DNA from: Candidatus Saccharimonadia bacterium | Lineage (GTDB): Bacteria; Patescibacteriota; Saccharimonadia; CAILAD01; CAZGYV01 | Length of the DNA stretch: 64,000 bases | Assembly: GCA_041906885.1 (NCBI GenBank) | Contig: JAYRII010000012.1 | Span: 94,955 to 158,954, forward strand | Reading direction: 5' to 3' | Part shown: one piece after another, positions 47,169 to 57,842 of the stretch | How the letters are laid out: every line of letters begins with the position of its first letter | Position numbering within the stretch: the first letter of the stretch is position 1 | Program-made: the position numbers and the translations under genes | Notes under the pieces: model-generated | Told to the model about the DNA's origin: nothing | Seen by the model: the letters and a program-made list of their open reading frames with translations, nothing else | Databases searched by the model: none

Positions 47169-49447
47169 AAGCTGGTTGCAATTTTAATGATTTGGTCTTG
47201 TGAGAGACCGTGATCTTGACCCTCAATACGATACCAATTGCCACGGTTAATCCAGCTTGCTTGATTGTTGCCGTAAACATAAATAGTCAACCCCTGAGCT
47301 TGTAAGGCTAAATAATTTGGTGATTTTGAAGCTATATAGTTTTCCGCCAATGCTTGCGAGTCCCAGTCAGTTTTTGATTCTGTAATTGCCACCTGACGCT
47401 TATTTCCATCAGATTGTAAATCATAACTGACGACCCCGGGTGAAGTTTTAATATTATTACTTAATTTCCAACCGCTCGGGATGTATCCTGGTGAACTAGC
47501 ACTAATGCCCGCCTTGCTAGCCGCTACTTTAAAAGCTAAATTTGGATAATTAATTTGCCAGATATAAGCACCGACTAAAAATAAGCCGACAATACTTAGG
47601 CCCATCGTGCTAGCAGAAAAGCTATGACCAACTTTTGGCTTAGGTAAATTTGCCTCCTCAGCGACCTTTTTATGAACTAGTTTTAAGGCTTCCTCTTCGG
47701 TAAGCGGCCTATCTTCTGTCTCGGCCTCTGCAGGCTTAACCTTCATCACAGGATAATCTATCGCGTGACTTGGATGAAATGACACACCTGGCGTGATACC
47801 ATCTGGTGATGGCGGCAAAGTAGTAATTGTATTTTGGCTGTAGACCTTCTCAGCTCTATTGGCTACGTTGGATGTTGTTTGAGCTGAAGTACTTGGCTTT
47901 GTAACAGCTGCAGTATCAATTGGCTTAAATGCCTTTGGTCTAGTTGCAGCTTCGCTATTGGCATTAATCGGTTCAGTTGTCTTAACAGATGACTGCGGAG
48001 CTTGTGTTACAGAATCAACATTTGAGTTCGATGCTGAGACAGTTGGGCTAGTCCTTGCTAGCTCGTTAAATTCATTATCGCTAATGACAGATTCATCCTT
48101 AGTGTCAAGTGAGATAATTTCACTACCTATGTGCTCAGTATTATCGTTATCCTCCGTCGTAGCAACGGTAGCAGCAGATATGGCCGGTTGGCTTTCTGCA
48201 GTATCATCTTGTGGCTGAATAGATGGCTGCTGAGAGGTAACTGTAGAACGGCTTGGGTCGCTAACACTACCGACAAGGTTTGTTAGTTGATCAAGGGTGT
48301 TTTGATTGAGTTGACCAAGATTGGTCTTTGGTACTGCAGTTGAGGCTGAGTCCTCACTGGCCTGCTCGATTACTGCTGTATTATCACCAGTCGCAACATT
48401 TATTGGTCCATTTTGTTGAATTGGAATTGTATTTGCCAGCTCCGAGAAAGTTTGCGATTTTTGAATATTATTAGGCCCAAGTTGGGTACCCACATTAGGC
48501 TTAGGAGGTGGTAGCGGTGGTGGCGCAATAGTGGCTCTAGTTGTCTGGTTAGCGACATTAGCTGGTTGCGGTATATTAGCTTGACTGATTGTCTGCGGTT
48601 GGAATTTATTTATTACTGCAGATCTCGGCACTGTAGCGGCACTTATGTACTTTTGTTCTCGGTTCCTGGTAATAACTTGTGGGCTATTATTAGTCTGCGC
48701 CACACTAGGCTTATTAGAAGCTAAGCTCGACATGCGATCAGACAGAACTTTAGTCGGGCTGGTTTGTTTTACGGGCTGTCTTGATGTAATTACTTGATCG
48801 ATGACCTCTGCAATGCGTTCACTTGGTATTGGAGAAAAATTTGAAATCTCAGCGTTTTCGCTTAGCATTCTTGTATCAATTTGCATCGGGTTGGCTTGAG
48901 AGCTTTGTTGATTAGCAATACCAATATTGAGTGCAAATTCTTGTGATCCGTCCTTAATGTCTCCAATTGGCGAGTGGGGAATAATCGGTTTGATTAGATC
49001 TTCACTCGCGATGATATTTCTTGACTCCTGTGGGACGGTAGCCAAATTTTGAGCTATCTCTTTGACAATTGATTCATTTTGATGATTTGCTCTAGAAATT
49101 AATTCGCCCGATTGCTTACTGGCTTTTAGTCTGTCTTCGATATTGTCAATCTTCTTGGCTACGATGGGAGTAGCTTTTGGCGTTGATATGCTCGTCTTAC
49201 TAATAGTGGGTAAAATCGTTTTTTGGACGACCGGAGGAGCTGGTTTGGCTTGTGGCTGAGTTGGTGCTGGTGGATTGGGTAATTTTTGAGCAGTACTTAA
49301 AGCGGGAGTAGCTTTTTGAGCATCTCCACTGGCGACTTTGTCGCCTGTCGCATTGCTTGGTTGCCATGGTGTGCCACAATTAGCACAAAAAACCCTGCCA
49401 GCAATTACGATCTTGTCTTTATCTTCGCAATCAGGACAATTTACCAT
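47165..49447 (-). CDS. Zinc-ribbon protein with a long low-complexity region, a TM helix and a small outer domain
   Basis: CPDC...CANC at the N-terminus, a P/T/S/Q-rich middle, a late TM helix and a PGYIPSGW domain. Confidence 0.75.
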   Translation of the reverse strand: MVNCPDCEDKDKIVIAGRVFCANCGTPWQPSNATGDKVASGDAQKATPALSTAQKLPNPPAPTQPQAKPAPPVVQKTILPTISKTSISTPKATPIVAKKIDNIEDRLKASKQSGELISRANHQNESIVKEIAQNLATVPQESRNIIASEDLIKPIIPHSPIGDIKDGSQEFALNIGIANQQSSQANPMQIDTRMLSENAEISNFSPIPSERIAEVIDQVITSRQPVKQTSPTKVLSDRMSSLASNKPSVAQTNNSPQVITRNREQKYISAATVPRSAVINKFQPQTISQANIPQPANVANQTTRATIAPPPLPPPKPNVGTQLGPNNIQKSQTFSELANTIPIQQNGPINVATGDNTAVIEQASEDSASTAVPKTNLGQLNQNTLDQLTNLVGSVSDPSRSTVTSQQPSIQPQDDTAESQPAISAATVATTEDNDNTEHIGSEIISLDTKDESVISDNEFNELARTSPTVSASNSNVDSVTQAPQSSVKTTEPINANSEAATRPKAFKPIDTAAVTKPSTSAQTTSNVANRAEKVYSQNTITTLPPSPDGITPGVSFHPSHAIDYPVMKVKPAEAETEDRPLTEEEALKLVHKKVAEEANLPKPKVGHSFSASTMGLSIVGLFLVGAYIWQINYPNLAFKVAASKAGISASSPGYIPSGWKLSNNIKTSPGVVSYDLQSDGNKRQVAITESKTDWDSQALAENYIASKSPNYLALQAQGLTIYVYGNNQASWINRGNWYRIEGQDHGLSQDQIIKIATSL

Positions 49448-49504
49448 ATTATTTACACTTATGCCTATACTAGATTATAGAAGTAATTATCATAAGCGTA
49501 AAGA

Positions 49505-50347
49505 TTATTTTTGTCGTTTAGTAGAGAAATAGACTAGCCAGACGAAATATGGCACGCTGAGCATTCTGATGATGCGCTTTGGCTGCATGAATAGGCGCCA
49601 CAGCCACTCTAGACCAATTTTACGCATAGCCTGCGGGGCTCGTTTAATACGACCTCCCAGCTGATCATAATCAAAGCTGCCACCTTCACCTATTAGCACA
49701 CGAGCCAAGTCTGTTTCCAGGTATTTACAGATAAACTTTTCTTGTAGTGGAAATCCTCGTGCCACCAAGAGAATGTCTAGATTGTATGATTTGATATCGT
49801 CGATCATGACTCTCTCGAGGGAGTCATCAAAATACCCAGGCCAAACTCGAACTAGGTTCAAAGTCGGGAAGATTTTTTTTAGATTATTTTTGACGCTAGC
49901 CGTATTACTGTCCTTCCCTGTCATTATTCCAATACTCCAGTCATGTTTTTGAGCGACTTGCAATAATTTACTTGTTGCATCGACTCCCGCTCCCCGTTCT
50001 TTTATGATTTGTTGTCGCCACTGTGGCTTTTGAATATAAACAAATAAACTTTTAATCAGCTTCCATATAGTTGGTTTAGTGCTCGGCCTCCCATATAAAA
50101 AGCTAGCCGCCCACTGCAAAGACACGCCATCGGCCAAGCATAGTTCAGCTTGATTGAGTATATTTTTAATGTTTTTATCATGACTAGCTTTGGTCATAAA
50201 CTCCACATAAGGCTTGACGATATAAATGCTAGTAGTACGCTTTTGAGATAAAAACCCTTCGATATACTGAATTGATTCATCGGGCGAGAGACAGTCGATC
50301 TCAACACCGAGTATAGTTGCCTTGTCGAATTTAGTTTGCTTTGACAT
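49505..50347 (-). CDS. WecB/TagA/CpsF family glycosyltransferase
   Basis: ILGVEID, LADGV, GFPLQE, GGSFD and KRAP..GLEWLWRL. Confidence 0.9.
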   Translation of the reverse strand: MSKQTKFDKATILGVEIDCLSPDESIQYIEGFLSQKRTTSIYIVKPYVEFMTKASHDKNIKNILNQAELCLADGVSLQWAASFLYGRPSTKPTIWKLIKSLFVYIQKPQWRQQIIKERGAGVDATSKLLQVAQKHDWSIGIMTGKDSNTASVKNNLKKIFPTLNLVRVWPGYFDDSLERVMIDDIKSYNLDILLVARGFPLQEKFICKYLETDLARVLIGEGGSFDYDQLGGRIKRAPQAMRKIGLEWLWRLFMQPKRIIRMLSVPYFVWLVYFSTKRQK

Positions 50348-51467
50348 CGGCTTCCATAAGTTTATCCACTTGAGACTTGATCTTACTAGTAAAGATTTTT
50401 CGATCAAACTTCTTGGCTTGCGCTACTAATAACTTATTATCGAAGGATGTTTTTTCAGCCTGCGCAATAGCGCGGTTCAATGACTCAACCGTTTGCTCTT
50501 TAAAAAGCACACCGGTCTTCCTATCGATAACTGTTTCACAAACGCCACCTTGAGACAAGGCTATCACTGGTGTACCAGCAGACATGGCTTCAACTGGCGT
50601 GATACCAAAATCTTCAATTCCAGGAAAAATGAATCCTCTTGCTTGTTCAAGTAAAATACCCCTTTTAAAATCGTTGATTCGACCTAAAAAAGTAATATTA
50701 CTTTGTCCAGCTGCAAGATTCTGTAAGCGTGCTGCATCAGGACCGTCTCCGGCAATTATGAGCTTCTTGCCGCTGGCAATAAAAGCTTTGATTGCCAGAT
50801 CAATATTTTTGTATCGACTCAAAACTGACAAGATCAAATAGTAGCTCTGTTTGGTATGCTTGTATTGCGAACTAAATAATTCTGTCTTGACTGGTGGATA
50901 AATCACAACCGACTCTCGATTATAAAATTTATTGATTCTTCCCGCTACAAATTTGCTATTGGCCACGAACTGGTCTACACCTTCTGAGCCGTAATAATCC
51001 CACACCCTCAAGCTTGAAGCTATCTTGTAAATAAAATACCGGCTAATTGGTCCAAGCTTGAAGGATTTGATTTTAATATCATTCAAATAAGCCGGCCAAC
51101 TATCCCAAAGCATCCTAGCTGGACTATGGCAATAGCATAAATGCTTTGTTTTCTTGTCTAGACTGATGTTTTTAACCCAAGCCGTTGAGCTAGATATGAC
51201 CAAATCATAGCTGCTAAAATTCATGTCTTTGACGGCGTCCTTGATAAATGGTAAGAACAATTGCGGGCTAAACTTCATAAAATTTGGGAATTTTTGTAGT
51301 TTACTTGTTTTGATTGGCCGTCCAGATAGAAAGCTGCCGAATTTTGAATAGTCGCAGACTAGTGCATAGAGATCTGCTTCTGGATAAAGCCTGGCTAGCT
51401 CAAAGAAAACTGACTCTGCCCCACCAATTTTAGTGTTGAGCCAGTCATGTACGATAGCGACTCTCAT
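50331..51467 (-). CDS. GT4 glycosyltransferase
   Basis: VAIVHDWL..GGAE, YCHSP and EDFGITPVEAM. Confidence 0.92.
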   Translation of the reverse strand: MRVAIVHDWLNTKIGGAESVFFELARLYPEADLYALVCDYSKFGSFLSGRPIKTSKLQKFPNFMKFSPQLFLPFIKDAVKDMNFSSYDLVISSSTAWVKNISLDKKTKHLCYCHSPARMLWDSWPAYLNDIKIKSFKLGPISRYFIYKIASSLRVWDYYGSEGVDQFVANSKFVAGRINKFYNRESVVIYPPVKTELFSSQYKHTKQSYYLILSVLSRYKNIDLAIKAFIASGKKLIIAGDGPDAARLQNLAAGQSNITFLGRINDFKRGILLEQARGFIFPGIEDFGITPVEAMSAGTPVIALSQGGVCETVIDRKTGVLFKEQTVESLNRAIAQAEKTSFDNKLLVAQAKKFDRKIFTSKIKSQVDKLMEADVKAN

Positions 51468-52753
51468 TGTCTTCTCCCATGTTGCACTCCAAGTAAAGCC
51501 AGCAGTGTGATCGCTAGAGTACTATCACTAAAGCTATGTAAAAACATGTTAGTACCAGCCAGACCAATGATACTGGCAAATAACCCTATACTAGCCAAGT
51601 TCTTACTGTCTAAGCTGTCTTTAAAGAGCGAGAAGGCATTGATCACAAAAAATGCGATGAACAATATTAGGCCAATTAGACCTAATTCGATGGCGATTTG
51701 AAGATACCAATTTTCTGTAATGAGAGATTTAAGTGAATGATAGCTGGCTGGTCCGGCTGTGCCCAAGCCCTTGCCCAGTGGGTTTTTTAGAGCGTCTTCT
51801 AGTCCGGCTTTCAGGGAGGATAATCTGATCTGATCAGAACCCTTTAATGAGTTATTGGTGCAGCTGCCATGCAATAAGTAGTATTGAATGGTATTGCTTG
51901 GATCGCAGAAATTACGCGATACGATCAGTAGCAAACCAAGGCCGGTAACAATGCCGAGGCCGATCAGTATCTTCACCCTACTCTTCTTCGAAACACTAAC
52001 TATTATGGTAGTTAATATCGCCAAAGCTGCTCCGATCCAAGCACTTCTGGAATAGGTCAAATATAGTCCGGTGAGCAGACTCAAAAGTATGATTAACTTT
52101 TTGCCATCAAATTTTTTGACTAAATTCGCCGTCACTAAGGTAATTGGTAAAATCAGATAAGCCCCTAATTGGTTGGGGCCGCCGAGCGTTGAAAATGCTC
52201 TTATGACCATGGTCGTGGAGTCAACGTACTGGCCAGGTATTATTGTTGAGCTGCCATAGCCAAGCTTGGTTAGAAAATCTGGCGGTATGGCCAGAGCTTG
52301 TAAGATAGCCAAGACAGAAACAATAAAAGCCGGCCAGACGATTAGATTGTAGACTTTAAACTCATCGAATCTAGAGGCAACAATTTGGGCTAATAGAAAG
52401 ATCACAAGTGGCATTAGGTCGGTTTTAATACCGAAGATTAAAGCCGACAAACTACCGAACCTAACCAGACTAACGACTAAAGCCAAAATAAAGATCGCGA
52501 TCACCAACTTGTTGAGTTGATCAAGCTTGAGACGTGCTTCTTTTTTGTTGAACAAATATACAGCAGCAATGGCGGCTAAGGCAACTGTTAATATTTCCTT
52601 CCAAGCTTGAAGACGATGGCCCAAATGCAATAAATTACCGAAGTATATTGTCAAAAAAGCATGGAAAGGCATGGCAATAATTAGCGTCACAATTCCAGCG
52701 TATAAAATCTGCTCTAGATTTACTTTGATCAGTTTATTCTTTTCTGCCTTCAT
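51464..52753 (-). CDS. O-antigen ligase/polymerase family membrane protein
   Basis: RAFSTLGGPNQLG, TYSRSAW, PLGKGLG and ENWYLQ. Confidence 0.8.
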   Translation of the reverse strand: MKAEKNKLIKVNLEQILYAGIVTLIIAMPFHAFLTIYFGNLLHLGHRLQAWKEILTVALAAIAAVYLFNKKEARLKLDQLNKLVIAIFILALVVSLVRFGSLSALIFGIKTDLMPLVIFLLAQIVASRFDEFKVYNLIVWPAFIVSVLAILQALAIPPDFLTKLGYGSSTIIPGQYVDSTTMVIRAFSTLGGPNQLGAYLILPITLVTANLVKKFDGKKLIILLSLLTGLYLTYSRSAWIGAALAILTTIIVSVSKKSRVKILIGLGIVTGLGLLLIVSRNFCDPSNTIQYYLLHGSCTNNSLKGSDQIRLSSLKAGLEDALKNPLGKGLGTAGPASYHSLKSLITENWYLQIAIELGLIGLILFIAFFVINAFSLFKDSLDSKNLASIGLFASIIGLAGTNMFLHSFSDSTLAITLLALLGVQHGRRQ

Positions 52754-53757
52754 CGGTTTGAGATTACGCTTCTCATGTACTCATCCAAATTCTCTAAAGC
52801 AATGCCAGTTCCTTTGGCGACACAAAGTAGAGGTTCTTCAGCCACATAAGCGGGTACGCCGGTTACCTTTGTCATTAGCTTATCGATATTGCGTAACAAG
52901 CTTCCCCCGCCCGTCATGACCATGCCTCGATCAATAATATCGCTTGAAAGTTCGGGAGGGGTTTGTTCTAAGACTACTTTGACGGCCATAATGATTTCAT
53001 CGAGTCGATCACCGATCGCCTCAGTCACCTCTGTCGAGTCGAGATTGACAGTCTTTGGTAGTCCAGCAATCATATCACGACCTCTGATCTGCATGCGCAT
53101 CGGTTTATCTAGGGGCATAGCAGAGCCAATTTGTTTTTTAATGTCTTCAGCTGTTTTATCACCGATAACTAGGCCATATTTTTTCCTAATATAGTCACTA
53201 ATAGCTTGATCGATCTTATTGCCGCCAATTCTAACGCTATTCTGGGCGACAATACCACCCAATGAGATAATTGCCACTTCGGTCGTTCCACCGCCGATAT
53301 CAACTACTAAATTGCCTGCTGGAGCTGCAATTGGCACATTTGCACCAATTGCTGCTGCTAGTGGTTCTCTGATAATATGAGCTTTCTTTGCCCCGGCTGC
53401 TAAAGCAGCATCAATCACAGCTCGTCTCTCGGTCGATGTTACGCCGGCTGGGATACTTATCATCAGCTCAGGACGACTCAATCTGAAGCGGCCGGAGACT
53501 TTGTTGATATAGTGTTTGAGCATAGCCTGTGTAATTCTGTAGTCAGCAATCACGCCATCACGCAAGGGTCGATTAGCTGTAATGATATCAGGTGTACGCC
53601 CAAGCATTTCCTTGGCTTCATTGCCGATTGCAACAATTCGATTGTCATCGACACTAACTGCCACTACGCTAGGTTCATTGGCCACAATACCCTTTTTAGG
53701 TAAATAGACTAGAATGTGGGCGGTGCCTAAATCAATCGCTATTCGCTTTTTAATCAT
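52750..53757 (-). CDS. mreB: Rod shape-determining protein MreB
   Basis: IDLGTA, EPSVV, DIGGGTT and TGGGSLL. Confidence 0.95.
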   Translation of the reverse strand: MIKKRIAIDLGTAHILVYLPKKGIVANEPSVVAVSVDDNRIVAIGNEAKEMLGRTPDIITANRPLRDGVIADYRITQAMLKHYINKVSGRFRLSRPELMISIPAGVTSTERRAVIDAALAAGAKKAHIIREPLAAAIGANVPIAAPAGNLVVDIGGGTTEVAIISLGGIVAQNSVRIGGNKIDQAISDYIRKKYGLVIGDKTAEDIKKQIGSAMPLDKPMRMQIRGRDMIAGLPKTVNLDSTEVTEAIGDRLDEIIMAVKVVLEQTPPELSSDIIDRGMVMTGGGSLLRNIDKLMTKVTGVPAYVAEEPLLCVAKGTGIALENLDEYMRSVISNR

Positions 53758-53806
53758 AATCTATATAATATCAATTAACACCTTAAATTACCATCCTAAG
53801 CTAGGT

Positions 53807-55072
53807 TTAAATAGCTGATGTTTGTCGATGCATATCGGCACCTAGTAGACGTAACCGAGCATCAAAGTTTTCATATCCGCGGTCAATATGCTCGACTCGA
53901 TCAATCACTGTGCGTCCTTCAGCCACCATAGCAGCAATTAAAATTGTGGCTCCAGCTCTGATATCAAAACTAATTAGCTCGGTACCAAAGAGTGGTGTAG
54001 GGCCAGAGATAGTGCCAGTGTGCGTATCTTTAATCGCGACATTTGCACCCATACGCTGAAGCTCATAAAGGTATTGCAACCTACCTTCGTAGAGTGTTTC
54101 AAAAATTTCTGAAGTACCAACAGCTTGGGTTAAAAGCACGGCTAATGGCGCCTGCAGATCACTAGGAAAATTTGGATACGGCTGCACTTTGATCGTAGTA
54201 GCCTTAAGCGGTTGTCGGCGTGGTTTGATATGCAAGGTATGATCATTGACCACCTTGAAATTAACACCAATCTGGGCAAATTTTATCAAAAGAGCATCAT
54301 GGTCGTTGATGACAAAGTCATCGATCAGCACATCGCCATTGGTAGCTGCAGCGGCAATGGCCAGTGTCCCGGCCTCAAGCTGATCTGGTGCAATTGACCA
54401 TTCGCCGCCATGCAACTTCTTGACCCCTTTGATTTCTAAGACATGACTACCAATACCGGATATTTTGGCACCAAGATGATTTAAGAAATTACATAGATCT
54501 ACTATATGCGGTTCGGTTGCGGCCATTCGTAATTCGGTCACGCCATCGGTCAGCACCGAGGCCATGATGATATTCTCAGTTGCTGTAACCGATAAATCGT
54601 CCAGGATTACTCGACCTGGCTTAGGCGTTCCAGATAGTGATACTAGGCCATCCTTGTAGACAACTTTTACACCTAAAGCCTCAAAGGCATGGAGGTGAGT
54701 GTCGAGCGGTCGCGCACCAATGATATCACCTCCGGGTTCGGCAATCTTTATCTTGTGTAGTCGAGCAATTGCCGCCCCCATAATCAGTACAGAGGCTCGC
54801 ATACGCGCTGTTAGACTACGCTCTACGGTTGTGGCACTAATATGGCGGGCCGTGATATTTAATATGCCGTTTCCATAAGCAACATCAGCCCCCAACTGGC
54901 GCAATATATCAGTCATGACCCAGACATCGGAAATATCAGGGATATTTTTTAGGTAAACCGGCTTTTCACTTAAGAGACAAGCTGCGATAATAGGTAGAGT
55001 GGCATTTTTACTACCAGCCACTTTGATTTGACCATTAAGTTGACTAGGCCCGTCTATGATTAATTTTGCCAT
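53807..55072 (-). CDS. murA: UDP-N-acetylglucosamine 1-carboxyvinyltransferase
   Basis: GSKNATLP, MRASV, PGGDIIGARP (Asp at the usual Cys position) and IDRGYE. Confidence 0.95.
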   Translation of the reverse strand: MAKLIIDGPSQLNGQIKVAGSKNATLPIIAACLLSEKPVYLKNIPDISDVWVMTDILRQLGADVAYGNGILNITARHISATTVERSLTARMRASVLIMGAAIARLHKIKIAEPGGDIIGARPLDTHLHAFEALGVKVVYKDGLVSLSGTPKPGRVILDDLSVTATENIIMASVLTDGVTELRMAATEPHIVDLCNFLNHLGAKISGIGSHVLEIKGVKKLHGGEWSIAPDQLEAGTLAIAAAATNGDVLIDDFVINDHDALLIKFAQIGVNFKVVNDHTLHIKPRRQPLKATTIKVQPYPNFPSDLQAPLAVLLTQAVGTSEIFETLYEGRLQYLYELQRMGANVAIKDTHTGTISGPTPLFGTELISFDIRAGATILIAAMVAEGRTVIDRVEHIDRGYENFDARLRLLGADMHRQTSAI

Positions 55073-55157
55073 TGACTAGGTATAAATAATATGAGATTAG
55101 AGCACTTATTAACAAACATTACGGTAACCATTATAATCTAATAAAGCATTTGATACT

Positions 55158-56555
55158 ATGATTTCCAAACAAACTCGAACTGCAATTTTCTACATCGCTA
55201 GTATCTTGATTATTGTCATTGGTACGATCATTTTAGTCGCACTAGCTCGAGGCTATAGTTATGATTTCTTTAATGGTCAGATTAAAGAAAATGGCCTTGT
55301 GATAGTTAACTCAATACCTTCTGGGGCTTCGATCAGCTTTAATGGCAATGTTACTAAATATAAAACTCCTTACAGATTGGTTAACGCCGAGCCGGGCAGC
55401 CTGACTGTTAGCTTAAAAAAGGCTGAATTTCGAGATTGGCAGAAAAAGCTAATTGTCCAAGCTCAAGAAGTAAGCTTTGCTGACCGGGCTCTTCTAATAC
55501 CACAGACGATATTCTACGAAAACCTATATGGCTCATTTCGAGTCGCAGCCAGTTTGCAATCTAATGACAACCGAAAAGTAGTTTTTGTAACCGATAAGCC
55601 TACCCTATCAATCTGGATGTCGGAAGGCGAAAAAGCTCCAGTTAAAATTTACCAGGTGCCAACGCCTGATAAACCCGAAGAGACAATCACTTCGATTAGT
55701 GATCTGCAGCTCTCACCAAATAATGGTAGCCAATTACTTTTTAAAGTCACTAGTCAGGCCAGGAGTAATTATTTAACTCTCCCTACTATTGAGAATCAAA
55801 TACCAATAAATATCAACAATACATTTGGTATTAATAGTGGTAATCTGACGTTTAACCCGACAAATAACCACGAATTCTATTGGCTTGACAGTGGCCTGGT
55901 CAGAAAGATAAATCTCGATTCAAAGAATACTGGTGATATATTGGTCGACAATATTATTTATATCAAGGTGGATAGCGATCGAATATTCTATATATCAGCC
56001 GCCACTCCTAATAATTTAAGTCGTGAGTTATGGGGAATGGATCTTAATGGAGTACGAAAAATCAAAATTCTTAACTCGGTTGTCGATAGCCCGGATTACC
56101 AGATTGATTATACGCGCGTCAATCAAAAAGACTATCTTGTGCTGCTAGCCTCAAAGGATAAAACGGCCACGCTATATAGTGATATCTATAATCAGCTACA
56201 AAGTAGTGTACTGAGCAAAGACGCAGTTGGATTCACTTTTTCACCCAATGGGACTTACTTAGTGGTTAATAACAACAACTCAACAAAATCTTTCGATCTT
56301 GATCTGGTCAAACACTATAACTTCAAAACGGATCTAGCCGGCTTGTCGGATTGGCGTTGGCTTGATGACTATCACTTACTAATTATTACAAATGGTAAGC
56401 TCAGAATAATGGATTTTGATGGTCAGAATGATCAGTTAATTTCTGCATCCGGTGATATCGTATCGAATGTTTTGCCCAACAATGACATTAAGTCAATTAA
56501 CTATGTATCATCTGGACAAGTTAAAAAACTTCATTTAACTTTAATGAAAAAGTAA
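55158..56555 (+). CDS. PEGA-domain membrane-anchored protein with a probable beta-propeller
   Basis: TM helix, ARGY, SIPSGASI..NG..KTP (PEGA) and SPNG-type turns. Confidence 0.75.
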   Translation: MISKQTRTAIFYIASILIIVIGTIILVALARGYSYDFFNGQIKENGLVIVNSIPSGASISFNGNVTKYKTPYRLVNAEPGSLTVSLKKAEFRDWQKKLIVQAQEVSFADRALLIPQTIFYENLYGSFRVAASLQSNDNRKVVFVTDKPTLSIWMSEGEKAPVKIYQVPTPDKPEETITSISDLQLSPNNGSQLLFKVTSQARSNYLTLPTIENQIPININNTFGINSGNLTFNPTNNHEFYWLDSGLVRKINLDSKNTGDILVDNIIYIKVDSDRIFYISAATPNNLSRELWGMDLNGVRKIKILNSVVDSPDYQIDYTRVNQKDYLVLLASKDKTATLYSDIYNQLQSSVLSKDAVGFTFSPNGTYLVVNNNNSTKSFDLDLVKHYNFKTDLAGLSDWRWLDDYHLLIITNGKLRIMDFDGQNDQLISASGDIVSNVLPNNDIKSINYVSSGQVKKLHLTLMKK

Positions 56556-56556
56556 T

Positions 56557-57699
56557 TTAGCTGACCTCAGGTAAATGAGGTGATTTTGTGTTATCCGGTG
56601 TGGGCTGGAGATTATTTTGATTATCATTTTTGTGAGGATTAAAAAACGCTATAATTTTATTAAATAATCCTTTAATCTGATCGCCAAAACTCGGAGCGTT
56701 ACCCGGCAAATTAGCTGATTTTACATCACTTACTGCTGCTAATTGTGGTGTGGTCTCCGTTTTTGGTAATGGTTCGATTTGTTTGGCCGTCACTATCAAT
56801 CGCTTCCAACTCGTACCTGGTGGTGTGCAAGTAATCAAAGTCAGGATTGGCTCACTAGTTTGGTTTAAAACTGAAAGATCGGTTGGTGCTACAATTTTGG
56901 TGTTGATCACCTCATAAACATACTTACGTGAAGAATAGTTGACTTGAACTTTATCTCCAACCGCGAGCTTATCGAGCAAAGCAAAGACAAATTTATAGTT
57001 ACCTGGCTCCCACCAATCATTACTTGAGTGTCCGACTATGACTACATTTCCGATCTCACCTGGTACAGCCGTACCGGCATAGTGTACAACGCCATCACGC
57101 AAAGCCACCTGTATGTTCTTCTCCTGTTGGCTAGGCTCGAGGATAAGTGGTGCTGTCGAGTTTATCTTTGGGACCGATACGATATTTTCTGGTGGTACGA
57201 CTTCCGCCTGAGGCGCACTGGCTTGCTTGGTCGAGACAGGGAGATTGATGCTCTCTTGAGCTTTGGGCGGATTAAAAAAATAATTTATCTGCGAGATAAT
57301 AACGGGAGCATTAAAAATAAGTGCAAAAACCGTAAAGCTAATCAAGCCAATACCTAAGTACTTCAGACGACGTTTAGTGGCAATCTTGTTAAGATGGAGA
57401 TTTTTAATCACTTTTTCTGACCAGGTAGACGGTTCTTTGTTTATGGCTAAATCTGAATGACTTGGGCTGTAGTCGTGCAGAGTGTTGGGCTTAATACCGC
57501 TATCGACTTTGATTTGAGGCATTGGCTCGGCTTTTGGTGGCGGAGGTGGCGGTGGACTTGGCTGTTTAATGACATTTAATAACTCATTTGCTTCTAGCTC
57601 AGCCTTGGTTGGTTTTTGGACACGACCCAAATTCGGCTGACTTGCACCGGTTCGGTCATCGATATTGAGGTTAGTGGGATTGTTATCTGAGGGATTCAT
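56557..57699 (-). CDS. Sortase
   Basis: TM helix, GVVHY, GNVVIVGHSS and LTLITCTP..RLIV (His/Cys/Arg triad). Confidence 0.9.
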   Translation of the reverse strand: MNPSDNNPTNLNIDDRTGASQPNLGRVQKPTKAELEANELLNVIKQPSPPPPPPPKAEPMPQIKVDSGIKPNTLHDYSPSHSDLAINKEPSTWSEKVIKNLHLNKIATKRRLKYLGIGLISFTVFALIFNAPVIISQINYFFNPPKAQESINLPVSTKQASAPQAEVVPPENIVSVPKINSTAPLILEPSQQEKNIQVALRDGVVHYAGTAVPGEIGNVVIVGHSSNDWWEPGNYKFVFALLDKLAVGDKVQVNYSSRKYVYEVINTKIVAPTDLSVLNQTSEPILTLITCTPPGTSWKRLIVTAKQIEPLPKTETTPQLAAVSDVKSANLPGNAPSFGDQIKGLFNKIIAFFNPHKNDNQNNLQPTPDNTKSPHLPEVS

Positions 57700-57755
57700 G
57701 CTTTAATTTCGTGATATAATCTATTATAATACAGGAGTTTTGGAGTTACAGCCAA

Positions 57756-57842
57756 GCCAGAGTGGTGGAATTGGTATACACGCATGACTCAAAATCATGT
57801 GGAGCTTGCTCCTTGTGGGTTCGAGTCCCACCTCTGGTACCA
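57756..57842 (+). tRNA. tRNA-Leu(CAA)
   Basis: GCCAGAGTGGTGGAATTGGTATACAC..CATGA-CT-CAA-AA-TCATG, long variable arm, GGTTCGAGTCCCACCTCTGGTACCA. Confidence 0.96.

Noticed and set aside
53807-55072. MurA Cys-to-Asp substitution as a novelty
   Set aside because: This is a known natural variant associated with fosfomycin insensitivity in several lineages.
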